32,000 nucleotides of DNA from Trichlorobacter lovleyi SZ (GTDB taxonomy: Bacteria; Desulfobacterota; Desulfuromonadia; Geobacterales; Pseudopelobacteraceae): the NCBI RefSeq assembly GCF_000020385.1, contig NC_010814.1:1680001-1712000 (forward strand). The letters are read 5' to 3'. Position numbers and translations under genes: made by a program. Shown piece after piece: positions 18,965-27,225 of the stretch; position 1 is the first letter of the stretch; every line of letters starts with the position of its first letter. The notes beneath the pieces were generated by a model. It made no database searches and had not been told where the DNA came from. It was given only the letters and a program-made list of their open reading frames with translations.

Positions 18965-19075
18965 TTTTGAACAAAATTGATGCAGGACAAACCCTGCATA
19001 CTTCTGGCCTGTTATGATCAGGTCAGCGTCGTAGCTATAAACAGATAACATATTAAGCACTCTAATGGAGGAACT

Positions 19076-19942
19076 ATGTGGGATTACACACCAAAAGTAA
19101 AAGATCATTTCTTGAACCCCCGCAATGTGGGAGATATAGCTGATGCTGATGCTGTGGGCGAAGTAGGCAGTCTGGCCTGTGGTGATGCCTTGAAGCTGTA
19201 TCTGAAGCTGGATGAGAACAAGGAGAAGATTGTTGACGCAAAATTTCAGACCTTTGGCTGTGCCAGTGCCATTGCTTCTTCCTCGGCCCTGACCGAGATG
19301 GTGAAAGGCAAGACCCTGGATGAGGCGTTGGCGGTCAGCAATCAGGATATTGCCGAATTTTTGGGCGGCCTGCCTGAGGAGAAGATGCATTGCTCGGTGA
19401 TGGGGCAGGAAGCGCTTGAGGTCGCCATCTTCAAATACCGCGGCCTTGAAGTGCCTGATCATGATGCCGAGCATGACCATGGTCATGCCTATCCCGACTA
19501 CGAGGGGACACTGGTCTGCAAATGCTTTGGTATCACTGATACCTTCCTGAAGAAGGTGATTGCCGACAACCACCTGACCACCTCGGAACAGGTCACCAAC
19601 TTCACCAAGGCCGGCGGGGCCTGCGGTAGCTGTATCCCCAAGATCAAGGAGCTGATTGCCGAGGTGTTGGGGCAGGCCAAAGAGGCCGCTGCCAAGCCCA
19701 AACTCTCCAACCTGAAGAAGATGCAACTGGTGCAGGAAGTGCTGGAGCGGGATATCCGTCCCATGTTGCGTGCTGATGGCGGTGACCTCGAGCTGATTGA
19801 TATTGATGGTGACCATGTCCAGATCGCCTTCCGCAAGGCCTGTGCCGGTTGTGCCTCCTCAGGCAATACCGCCAAGTTTGTGGAGATGAAGCTGCGTGAA
19901 CTGGTCTATGAAGGGTTGCATGTGCAGGAGGTCTCGGCATGA
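19076..19942 (+). CDS. nifU: Full-length NifU Fe-S scaffold (IscU-like N-domain, central 2Fe-2S BFD-like domain, C-terminal Nfu domain)
   Basis: GSLACGDALKLYL, FGCASAIASSSA, KMHCSVMG; central CKCFG...GGACGSCIP; C-terminal CAGCASS. Confidence 0.92.
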   Translation: MWDYTPKVKDHFLNPRNVGDIADADAVGEVGSLACGDALKLYLKLDENKEKIVDAKFQTFGCASAIASSSALTEMVKGKTLDEALAVSNQDIAEFLGGLPEEKMHCSVMGQEALEVAIFKYRGLEVPDHDAEHDHGHAYPDYEGTLVCKCFGITDTFLKKVIADNHLTTSEQVTNFTKAGGACGSCIPKIKELIAEVLGQAKEAAAKPKLSNLKKMQLVQEVLERDIRPMLRADGGDLELIDIDGDHVQIAFRKACAGCASSGNTAKFVEMKLRELVYEGLHVQEVSA

Positions 19943-21105
19943 AAGAGATCTATCTGGACAATAACGCCACCACCAAGGTGGATGAAGCGGTCTTTGAGGA
20001 GATGAAGCCGTACTTCTGCGAGCTGTATGGTAACCCCAGCTCCATGCACTACTTCGGCGGACAGGTGCAGAGCAAGGTGACCGAGGCTCGTAAACGTGTG
20101 GCTGACCTGCTGGGGGCCTCGCCGGGGGAGATCATCTTTACCGCCTGCGGCACCGAGAGTGATAATACCGCGATCCGTTCTGCCCTTGAGGTGCTGCCGG
20201 ACCGTCGTCATATCATCACCAGCCGGGTCGAACATCCGGCTGTGCTGACCCAATGCCGCAACCTGACTGCCAAAGGCTACCGGGTTACCGAGATCGGGGT
20301 GGATGGCGCAGGCCGTCTGGACATGGATGAATACAGGAAGGCGATTGACGACGATACCGCGATTGTTTCCTTTATGTGGGCCAACAACGAGACCGGTGTC
20401 ATCTTTCCGGTTGAAGAGGCGGCTGCCATTGCCAAGAAAAACGGCGCCCAGTTTCACACCGATGCAGTCCAGGCAGTGGGTAAGATCCCGATCAACATGG
20501 CTGAGTCAAAGATTGACATGCTCTCCCTGTCCGGACACAAACTGCATGCTCCCAAGGGGATCGGGGCACTGTATGTCCGTAAAGGCACACCGTTTCGCCC
20601 GTTGATGGTTGGCGGCCACCAGGAAAAAAGCCGCCGTGCCGGTACCGAGAACGCCGCTGCCATCATTGCGCTGGGTAAGGCCTGCCAGCTGGCCGGTGAG
20701 TTTATGGAGGCGGAGAACACGACGGTCAAGGCCAAGTGTGAACGTCTGGAAAACGCGCTGATGGCTGCCGTTCCCCATGCCCGTATTAACGGCGGCGGTG
20801 CAGAGCGTCTACCGAATACCACGTCGATCGCCTTTGAATTTGTGGAAGGTGAGGCGATTCTGCTGCTCCTGTCAGAGTTGGGAATTTGCGCCTCTTCCGG
20901 CAGCGCCTGTACCTCCGGTTCTCTGGAGCCGTCCCACGTGCTGCGCGCCATGGGAGTGCCATTTACCTGCGCTCACGGTTCAATCCGCTTTTCGCTTTCA
21001 CGCTACACCACCGATGCCGAGATTGATGCTGTTATTAAAGAGATGCCGCCGATTATTGCCCGTCTGCGGCAGATGTCTCCATTTGGACGGGAGTTTCTCA
21101 AGTAG
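19939..21105 (+). CDS. nifS: Cysteine desulfurase NifS
   Basis: PLP-Lys motif SLSGHKLHAPKG, catalytic Cys loop SSGSACTSG. ATGA overlap with nifU. Confidence 0.93.
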   Translation: MKEIYLDNNATTKVDEAVFEEMKPYFCELYGNPSSMHYFGGQVQSKVTEARKRVADLLGASPGEIIFTACGTESDNTAIRSALEVLPDRRHIITSRVEHPAVLTQCRNLTAKGYRVTEIGVDGAGRLDMDEYRKAIDDDTAIVSFMWANNETGVIFPVEEAAAIAKKNGAQFHTDAVQAVGKIPINMAESKIDMLSLSGHKLHAPKGIGALYVRKGTPFRPLMVGGHQEKSRRAGTENAAAIIALGKACQLAGEFMEAENTTVKAKCERLENALMAAVPHARINGGGAERLPNTTSIAFEFVEGEAILLLLSELGICASSGSACTSGSLEPSHVLRAMGVPFTCAHGSIRFSLSRYTTDAEIDAVIKEMPPIIARLRQMSPFGREFLK

Positions 21106-21136
21106 GCCGCCTGTTGGCATATTGCGATCAGATCAT

Positions 21137-21172
21137 GAAAAAGCGGAGCCCTGTGCTCCGCTTTTTCATTTC
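21137..21172 (+). terminator. Rho-independent terminator after nifS
   Basis: 13-bp stem GAAAAAGCGGAGC / GCTCCGCTTTTTC with loop CCTGT and a T-rich tail. Confidence 0.85.
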
Positions 21173-21197
21173 TGGCTGCTGCAATCACTGCTGAAAC

Positions 21198-21206
21198 TGG
21201 TATACT
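21198..21206 (+). promoter_or_regulatory. Putative extended -10 promoter (TGgTATACT) upstream of the WD40-caspase gene
   Basis: TGG-TATACT lies at 21198-21206, 40 nt upstream of the ATG at 21246. No good -35 is present. GGGGAG RBS at 21235-21240. Confidence 0.4.
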
Positions 21207-21245
21207 GTCTGCCAGTTAGTATGAGACCTCTACCGGGGAGTTCGG

Positions 21246-24200
21246 ATGAACCGCCTGCTTATTCTGCTGATATGCTTCTGTGCCGCGCTGCCCCGGATAC
21301 CGGTCCATGCAGGACAGCCTCCGCTTACGCCAACCATCAGGATTCAGACTGATCTGCACAGCGCCAAAATTATGGACGCATCTGCCAGTGGTGATGGCGC
21401 CCTGCTGGCCACCGCCTCGGCTGACAAGACGGTAAAACTCTGGGAAACTGCCAGCGGCAGATTGCTCAGGACCATCAGGCCGCCAATTGCAGCAGGGAGC
21501 GAGGGAATGCTGCATGCCGTTGCCCTTAGCCCCGATGGCAGGCTGGTTGCTGCTGCCGGCTGGACCGGAGTAAGCTGGGACGGCAGTTACTCGGTCTATC
21601 TGTTTGATACCTCCAGTGGCGAGATGCGTCAGCGGCTAACCGGTTTTCCCAAACCGCTCAAGCGACTTGCGTTCTCGCCGGACGGCAAAAAACTGGCAGT
21701 CGGTCTGCATAGCTCAGGCGGTGTCTATCTGGTCAGGGTGTCAGACGGTAAGCGGCTGATGTTTGATGCATCCCTTAACGGCACCTGTTTTGGTCTGGTT
21801 TTTGACCAAAAGGGGGGGCTGCTGGCCGGTAGCGACCAGGGGCAGCTCTGCCGCTATACTCCAGATGGTGCACGGGTGTATGTCGTGCAGACCGAGGAAC
21901 GGACTAAACTACTCTCCATGGCTCTTTCACCTGATAGCAGGTATCTGGCCTTGGTTTACGGCGATGGTCATCAAGTTGAACTGCGTACAGCGGCAGACGG
22001 CAGGTTTGAGAGCGTACTGCAACGTCCCGGTGGACGTTTCTTCAGTGTGGCCTGGTCCCGTGACGGCAAACAGATTCTGGCTGCCGGCAACCTCAAGGCC
22101 GAGGATGGGCGCAAGCTGCTGGTAACCTGGTCCGCTGAACAGCGTCGCCCTCAGGAGTTGGTGCTGTTGCCGAGCAAGAGCGGCATTACCCAACTACTTC
22201 CGTTGCAGAATGGAGCACTGGCCGTTGTCTCCCGCTTGACCGGTTTCGGGCTGCTGACTCCTGAGGGCAGTACCACGGTTCTGTCTGCAACAGAGGCGGG
22301 ACGGGGGAAAAAGCCGGGACTGCGTAATCTTGCAGTATTGGAACGCCAGCCGGCTTATTTTCATCTTCTGGCAACGGCGGATTTTCAGAAGAACCATGAC
22401 CTGTTCCGGATTACGGCCGATGCGGCTTCCGTGCTGTTCAGCTACGAACGCAACGGTCAGGCACCAGCCAGGTTTGACCTGAAAAAGAGGCGTCTGGTGG
22501 CAGTAAGCCCTTCGATGGAAAACCTGATGCCTCACCGCTTTACTGCGGAGGGGCTTGATGTCCAGCACTGGCAGGGAGGGGCTCAGCCGTTACTGAATCG
22601 TGTCCCCCTGACTGGTTTCATACCTCTTGAACGTAGCCAGAGTCTGGCAATCCGTCATGACGACAAAGGGTTTGTTCTGGGTACCAGTCACTTCATCCGC
22701 GCCTATTCTGCCAAGGGAGCACTCCTTTGGAAGAGCAGGACGCCGTTTACGGTCTGGGACGTTGCCTTGTCGGCCGATGACAGTATGTTGGTTGCGGCAC
22801 TGGATGATGGCAGTATCCGTTGGTTTCGCATGCTGGACGGCAAAGAACGTTTTGCCCTATTTCCGCATCCGGACAGAAAACGCTGGATTCTCTGGACCCC
22901 GGACGGTTTTTTTGATCATGGCGATGGTTCGGAGAACTTGATCGGCTTCCAGATGAACCGTGGCGCTGAGCAGGCTGCGGTCATGGTCGGCGCAGAGCGT
23001 ATGTTTGATCTGCTGTATCGGCCTGATCTGCTGGACAGGGCAATTGCCGGTGAAGACCTTAGCCCGTACCTGCAACGCTTGCAGATACGGGCCGACGGCC
23101 GGATGGCCCTGGCTGTGCCTGACAGTCACATGGTGCCGGTCGCGGCCCAGAAAAAACAGACAGATCAGGGAACGCGGACCGGGGGACAGCAGGACGCTCA
23201 GGAACGGCAAGTCAGGCCGGCTCAGGAGCAGGCGGCTGCAGAGCAGAAGGGGCTCTTGGCTGCTGAAACGGCACGTACCGGCATGCAACAGGGGGATGCC
23301 GGGCAACTGCCGCAACAACAGGCAGAACCGCTTGACGAAACGGAGCAGGAAACTGAACTGCCGCCGACTGTGGAGACCGAAGCGGAGCAGGCCGAACCGA
23401 AGACGGCGTTGGCCAGTCTGGTCACGGCGGCAACAATGCCGCCCAAGGTAAGGTTTTTAACGGCATCAGGCGTAACCGGCCTGCGTGACATGCGGTTGCA
23501 GGCAGAGCTGTGTGATGCCGGTGGCGGTCTTGGTGATGTAACCCTTTATCTCAACAAGATGCCGATCGTCTTTGAACAGTCACACCGGGGTCTGGTTGCG
23601 CTCGAGAAAGGCCGGAAAGGTGACTGCATCAGTTTTGAGCGGGTCGTTACCCTGACTGCCGGTGAGAATCAGATTGAGCTGATGGCGTTTAATCGGGCCA
23701 ACAGCATTGAGTCTGAACGCAGCCGGATTGTCGTGCGCTATAATGCGCCGGAACCGGCTAAACCAAGGCTGCATCTGCTTACCATTGCGATTAACAGCTA
23801 TCAGGAAAGGACACTGGGGCTTAAGTACTCGGTCAATGATGCAGATAACGTGGCAAAACTGGTTGCCGAAAAGGCCCAGAAACTCTTTGCCGGAGTTGCT
23901 GTCTATCGCCTCTCTGACCAGCAGGTGACCAGACAGGGCTTGGAGCAGGTCTTTGCAGAGATCAGCGTCAAGGTAGAGCGGGGAGATGTGTTTGTGCTCT
24001 TTCTGGCCGGTCATGGCCTGACTGATGAGCTTGACGGCATGTACTATTTTCTTCCGGCAGATTTCCGTCTCAATAATGGAGTGTCTCTTGCCCGCCAAGG
24101 GATATCAATGCATGATTTCAAACAGTACATCAGTTCGATCAAGGCCACGAGGAGTCTGTTCCTGATCGATACCTGCAGCAGCGGGGCATTCAGTGAAGGG

Positions 24201-24512
24201 ATGGCGGGGCAGACCACCGCTGAACACGCTGCCCTGAACAAGCTGGCTCGCAGTGTTGGCAGGGCGACTTTGGCTGCCAGTTCCCGCGATCAGGTTGCCC
24301 TGGAAGGACATCAGGGACACGGAGTCTTCAGCTATACCCTGCTGCAGGGACTGCAGGGGGCAGCGGCCAACAAATCAGGGCGTATTACCATCACCAACCT
24401 GGCCCTGTTCGTGGAAGAAACCCTGCCGGAGCTAACCATGAAAAAGTGGGGTTATGAACAGATGCCGCAAAAGGCTCTGATCGGTTCAGACTTTCCAATC
24501 GGGATAAAGTGA
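21246..24512 (+). CDS. Secreted multidomain protein: signal peptide, WD40-like beta-propeller region, Q/E-rich linker, beta-sandwich-like region, caspase-like peptidase C14 domain
   Basis: Signal peptide MNRLLILLICFCAALPRIPVHA|G. WD40-like repeats: LATASADKTVKLWETASGRLL, LSPDGRLVAAAG, FSPDGKKLAVG, LSPDSRYLALV, WSRDGKQILAAG, VAALDDGSIRWFRMLDGKE, WILWTPDGFFD. C14 domain from about aa 840 (LHLLTIAINSY...NDADNV...). Catalytic His is in FLAGHG (His923, nt 24012-24014) and catalytic Cys in LIDTCSSG (Cys977, nt 24174-24176). GHGVFSYTLLQGLQG follows. Confidence 0.85.
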   Translation: MNRLLILLICFCAALPRIPVHAGQPPLTPTIRIQTDLHSAKIMDASASGDGALLATASADKTVKLWETASGRLLRTIRPPIAAGSEGMLHAVALSPDGRLVAAAGWTGVSWDGSYSVYLFDTSSGEMRQRLTGFPKPLKRLAFSPDGKKLAVGLHSSGGVYLVRVSDGKRLMFDASLNGTCFGLVFDQKGGLLAGSDQGQLCRYTPDGARVYVVQTEERTKLLSMALSPDSRYLALVYGDGHQVELRTAADGRFESVLQRPGGRFFSVAWSRDGKQILAAGNLKAEDGRKLLVTWSAEQRRPQELVLLPSKSGITQLLPLQNGALAVVSRLTGFGLLTPEGSTTVLSATEAGRGKKPGLRNLAVLERQPAYFHLLATADFQKNHDLFRITADAASVLFSYERNGQAPARFDLKKRRLVAVSPSMENLMPHRFTAEGLDVQHWQGGAQPLLNRVPLTGFIPLERSQSLAIRHDDKGFVLGTSHFIRAYSAKGALLWKSRTPFTVWDVALSADDSMLVAALDDGSIRWFRMLDGKERFALFPHPDRKRWILWTPDGFFDHGDGSENLIGFQMNRGAEQAAVMVGAERMFDLLYRPDLLDRAIAGEDLSPYLQRLQIRADGRMALAVPDSHMVPVAAQKKQTDQGTRTGGQQDAQERQVRPAQEQAAAEQKGLLAAETARTGMQQGDAGQLPQQQAEPLDETEQETELPPTVETEAEQAEPKTALASLVTAATMPPKVRFLTASGVTGLRDMRLQAELCDAGGGLGDVTLYLNKMPIVFEQSHRGLVALEKGRKGDCISFERVVTLTAGENQIELMAFNRANSIESERSRIVVRYNAPEPAKPRLHLLTIAINSYQERTLGLKYSVNDADNVAKLVAEKAQKLFAGVAVYRLSDQQVTRQGLEQVFAEISVKVERGDVFVLFLAGHGLTDELDGMYYFLPADFRLNNGVSLARQGISMHDFKQYISSIKATRSLFLIDTCSSGAFSEGMAGQTTAEHAALNKLARSVGRATLAASSRDQVALEGHQGHGVFSYTLLQGLQGAAANKSGRITITNLALFVEETLPELTMKKWGYEQMPQKALIGSDFPIGIK

Positions 24513-24519
24513 GGCGTAC

Positions 24520-25938
24520 ATGACACATAATTACTTATTGACAGTTATCCTCTTTGTCTGGTGTTTGCTGATTCCGCTTCAGTCCCATGCCTTCTGGTCC
24601 ACAGAACCCGGCTCATTGAAGGAGTTGGCAGCCGGTGTGGCAACTGAGTTGAAGGAAAAGTCCGGTTCAGCCGGGAAGAAGCTGTATCTGGATAAGGCCA
24701 ATGTCAAGGATAGTGTCAGTGGCGAGACGTCAAACCTCTCTGCCTTTCTGGTCAATGAGCTGGAAAGTGCCCTTTCGTCCGCCGGCTTCAGCTTTACTGA
24801 TTTTATGGAGCAGGCGGATCAGGTGGTGGGAGCCAGTTATCAGCGTGACGGCGACCGTTTGCGAATCTTCATAAAATACTGCCCGGCAAAAGACAGTAGC
24901 AACTGCAAGAGCCTTGCTGCGGCATTGGAAATGAACAGGCTTCCCAAAGAAAGTTTCAGTGAGTCGATGGACAGCAGATTGAAACGGCTGGTGCAGAAGG
25001 CGGCTGGTAGCAAGAGTGGTCTGAAGGTTTTTATCAGCCCGGTTGTTGAGCGCAGGAACCGTTATGCAAGTGAGTTTTCCGAATATGTGACAGCCAAGGT
25101 CCGAAGCTACCTGGTCAACGGCCAGCAGTTTGAGGTGCTGGAGGAATATCCGGTCACCCGCTCTCTCTCAAATACCCGCGGCTTGGCAGCCAAGGCGAAA
25201 CAGGTACAGAATCTGGAAACCAGCGCAGCCCTGTTCAGCGGTGCTGACGCAGTGCTGGAGGGATACTATCTTGAGGGTACCGGCAGGGTTACTGTTGCCG
25301 TTACCCTCAAAAATCTGAAGGGTGGGGTGCTGGGGAGCGCCGACGAAACCTTTGAACGGAGCATGATCCCTTACAGTACGGCCAACCAGGCCGCCGGTAC
25401 GTTGGCTGCCGTGGCGGATGTAGCTGGCCAGGCCAGCCAGCAGACGGTAAAATTAAATACCACCAAGGGGGATCGCTATCAGGTCTATCGGGTTGGTGAA
25501 AAGGTACAGTTTCTGATGCAGGTCACCAAACCGTTGTATGTCTACCTGTTCGGTATCAACGCCAAAAATGAAGTCAGCCAGCTCTATCCTGGGCCAGGAC
25601 AGCAACAGGTGCCCCTGCAGGCCGGTCTGATTCATACTGTTCCAGGTGATAGGGATAGCTGGGAGATTGTGGTGGAACCCCCCTTTGGCACAGATGTAGT
25701 CAAACTGTTTGCTGCTGAGAAGCCTCTGCCGGTACCGGCTATTTCCAACAAAGTGTCAGCCAGAAGCTTTAGTGATGGTACCCGCTCACTGGCGCGCCGG
25801 GATGTCATCCAGCAGCAGCTGGCGGTACAAAAGACCATCAATGGGTTTGATCTGGTGGATTATTTCAAGGGGGTGGCTGAACAGCAGGGGCTGACACTGT
25901 ATGAAGACAGCCTGTTTGTGCAGACCAGACCGCAGTAG
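24520..25938 (+). CDS. Secreted DUF4384-domain protein with two N-terminal LpoB/CsgG/FlgO-like modules
   Basis: Signal peptide [24 protein letters not shown]|F. The DUF4384-like core is [36 protein letters not shown]...[10 protein letters not shown]. Two upstream modules have the pattern (K)LYL/VFISP...xxS.FS.(F/Y)(L/V)...L......F...(GA(S/D))...(RIF/VTVAV). Starts 7 nt after the caspase gene stop. Confidence 0.7.
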   Translation: MTHNYLLTVILFVWCLLIPLQSHAFWSTEPGSLKELAAGVATELKEKSGSAGKKLYLDKANVKDSVSGETSNLSAFLVNELESALSSAGFSFTDFMEQADQVVGASYQRDGDRLRIFIKYCPAKDSSNCKSLAAALEMNRLPKESFSESMDSRLKRLVQKAAGSKSGLKVFISPVVERRNRYASEFSEYVTAKVRSYLVNGQQFEVLEEYPVTRSLSNTRGLAAKAKQVQNLETSAALFSGADAVLEGYYLEGTGRVTVAVTLKNLKGGVLGSADETFERSMIPYSTANQAAGTLAAVADVAGQASQQTVKLNTTKGDRYQVYRVGEKVQFLMQVTKPLYVYLFGINAKNEVSQLYPGPGQQQVPLQAGLIHTVPGDRDSWEIVVEPPFGTDVVKLFAAEKPLPVPAISNKVSARSFSDGTRSLARRDVIQQQLAVQKTINGFDLVDYFKGVAEQQGLTLYEDSLFVQTRPQ

Positions 25939-25948
25939 GAGCCACACA

Positions 25949-27205
25949 ATGGAGATCCGTATCCCGACAGCAGGTGAGTCTGTGGTTGAGGCGCTGCTGG
26001 CCAAATGGCACAAGCCGGATGGTAGCATGGTTTTGAAGGATGATGCGATTTGTGAGATTGAGACCGATAAGATTACCATGGATATCTATGCAGAGGTTTC
26101 CGGCCGCCTGGTAATTCACGTTCAGGCTGGTACAACCCTGCCGGTGGGCACCGTGGTTGGCCGGATTCTCGAAGCAGATCCGCAGGCAGAGGATCAACTG
26201 GCTGTTACAGCAACAGGGGCGGCTGGATCAGCGGATGCACCAACCTCTCCGGCAGTGCGGCAGGCGTTACGGCAACAAGGTCGAACTGCCGCGCAACTGG
26301 CAGGTAGCGGCCCTGGCGGCCGGATACTGATGAACGATCTGAAACGGACGGATACACCGGAACCTCCAGCGCCAGCGCTTCCGGCTGCTCTGCACGCGAT
26401 GCTGGTTAAGTCTGAGGAAACACCGGTGTATCGGGCTTCAGGCTGCTGGAAACCTGCTCGACCGGCCGGAGATCAAAACACTGAAAAAGCCACAGAAGCC
26501 GGGCCTGATCCACAGGCTGCGCCAGGTGAAGAGCGGATACGGATCTCCCCGCTACGCAAGCGGATCTCTGAGCGGCTGCTGCAGGCTCGTCACCAGACCG
26601 CCACGTTGACCACCTTTAACGAGGTTGATATGGGGGCATTGCAGGCCTTGCGCACAAATTATAAGCTGGCCGGTCAGCCGGTCGGCTTGCTGCCGTTCTT
26701 TGTCAGGGCTACGATTGAGGCATTACAGGCTTATCCGGCAGTTAATGCGCGGATTGATGGTGATGAGATTGTGTATTACCATGTTCAGCATCTGGGTATT
26801 GCTGTCTCCTCTGAAAAAGGGCTGATGGTGCCGGTGCTGCGCGATGCAGGTCAGCTGGGCTTGTGGGAGATTAATGAGGGCATAGCGGGTCTTGTGCAGA
26901 AGATCAGAGCCAACCAGCTGGCCATTGCCGACCTGGAAGGTGGAACCTTTACCATCAGCAATGGCGGCACCTATGGTTCCATGCTCTCGACCCCCCTTAT
27001 TAATCCACCCCAGAGTGGTGTGTTGGGAATGCACGCCATCCAGCACCGGCCGGTGGCACGGAATGGTCAGGTGGTGATACGTCCGATGATGTATCTGGCC
27101 TTGTCCTATGACCATCGCCTGATTGATGGCAGGGAGGCGGTCGGGTTTCTTAAGCTGATCAAGGAGCGGTTGGAGAACACTGGCTGGTTGGCTGGACTAA
27201 ACTGA
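25949..27205 (+). CDS. sucB: Dihydrolipoamide succinyltransferase (E2 of the 2-oxoglutarate dehydrogenase complex)
   Basis: Single lipoyl domain with ETDK (Lys41, nt 26069-26071). E3-binding segment [12 protein letters not shown]...[13 protein letters not shown]. Catalytic core LTTFNEVDM...[13 protein letters not shown]. The AGGAG RBS overlaps the upstream stop codon. Confidence 0.9.
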   Translation: MEIRIPTAGESVVEALLAKWHKPDGSMVLKDDAICEIETDKITMDIYAEVSGRLVIHVQAGTTLPVGTVVGRILEADPQAEDQLAVTATGAAGSADAPTSPAVRQALRQQGRTAAQLAGSGPGGRILMNDLKRTDTPEPPAPALPAALHAMLVKSEETPVYRASGCWKPARPAGDQNTEKATEAGPDPQAAPGEERIRISPLRKRISERLLQARHQTATLTTFNEVDMGALQALRTNYKLAGQPVGLLPFFVRATIEALQAYPAVNARIDGDEIVYYHVQHLGIAVSSEKGLMVPVLRDAGQLGLWEINEGIAGLVQKIRANQLAIADLEGGTFTISNGGTYGSMLSTPLINPPQSGVLGMHAIQHRPVARNGQVVIRPMMYLALSYDHRLIDGREAVGFLKLIKERLENTGWLAGLN

Positions 27206-27225
27206 GATTTCAAGGAGAACGGGAT

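Noticed and set aside
18980-18999. Hairpin ATGCAGG-ACAAAC-CCTGCAT after the phosphohexomutase gene, considered as a terminator
   Set aside because: The stem is only 7 bp and no U-tract follows (ACTTCTGG), so it is too weak to call. It could still be a regulatory site in the nifU leader, but I recognise no known operator such as an IscR/Rrf2 box.
24520-25938. Possibility that the gene next to the caspase-like protease is a bacterial gasdermin (protease-activated pore former)
   Set aside because: The protein is 472 aa and has a Sec signal peptide and a DUF4384-type core. It shows no resemblance to the roughly 250-300-aa cytoplasmic bacterial gasdermins. The protease is also exported, so the known gasdermin logic does not fit.
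21106-25948. Caspase/DUF4384 cassette as a mobile genomic island
   Set aside because: I see no integrase, transposase, tRNA, flanking direct or inverted repeats, or obvious GC or codon shift by eye. An insertion relative to sucA-sucB synteny remains possible, but there is no mobility signature in the sequence.
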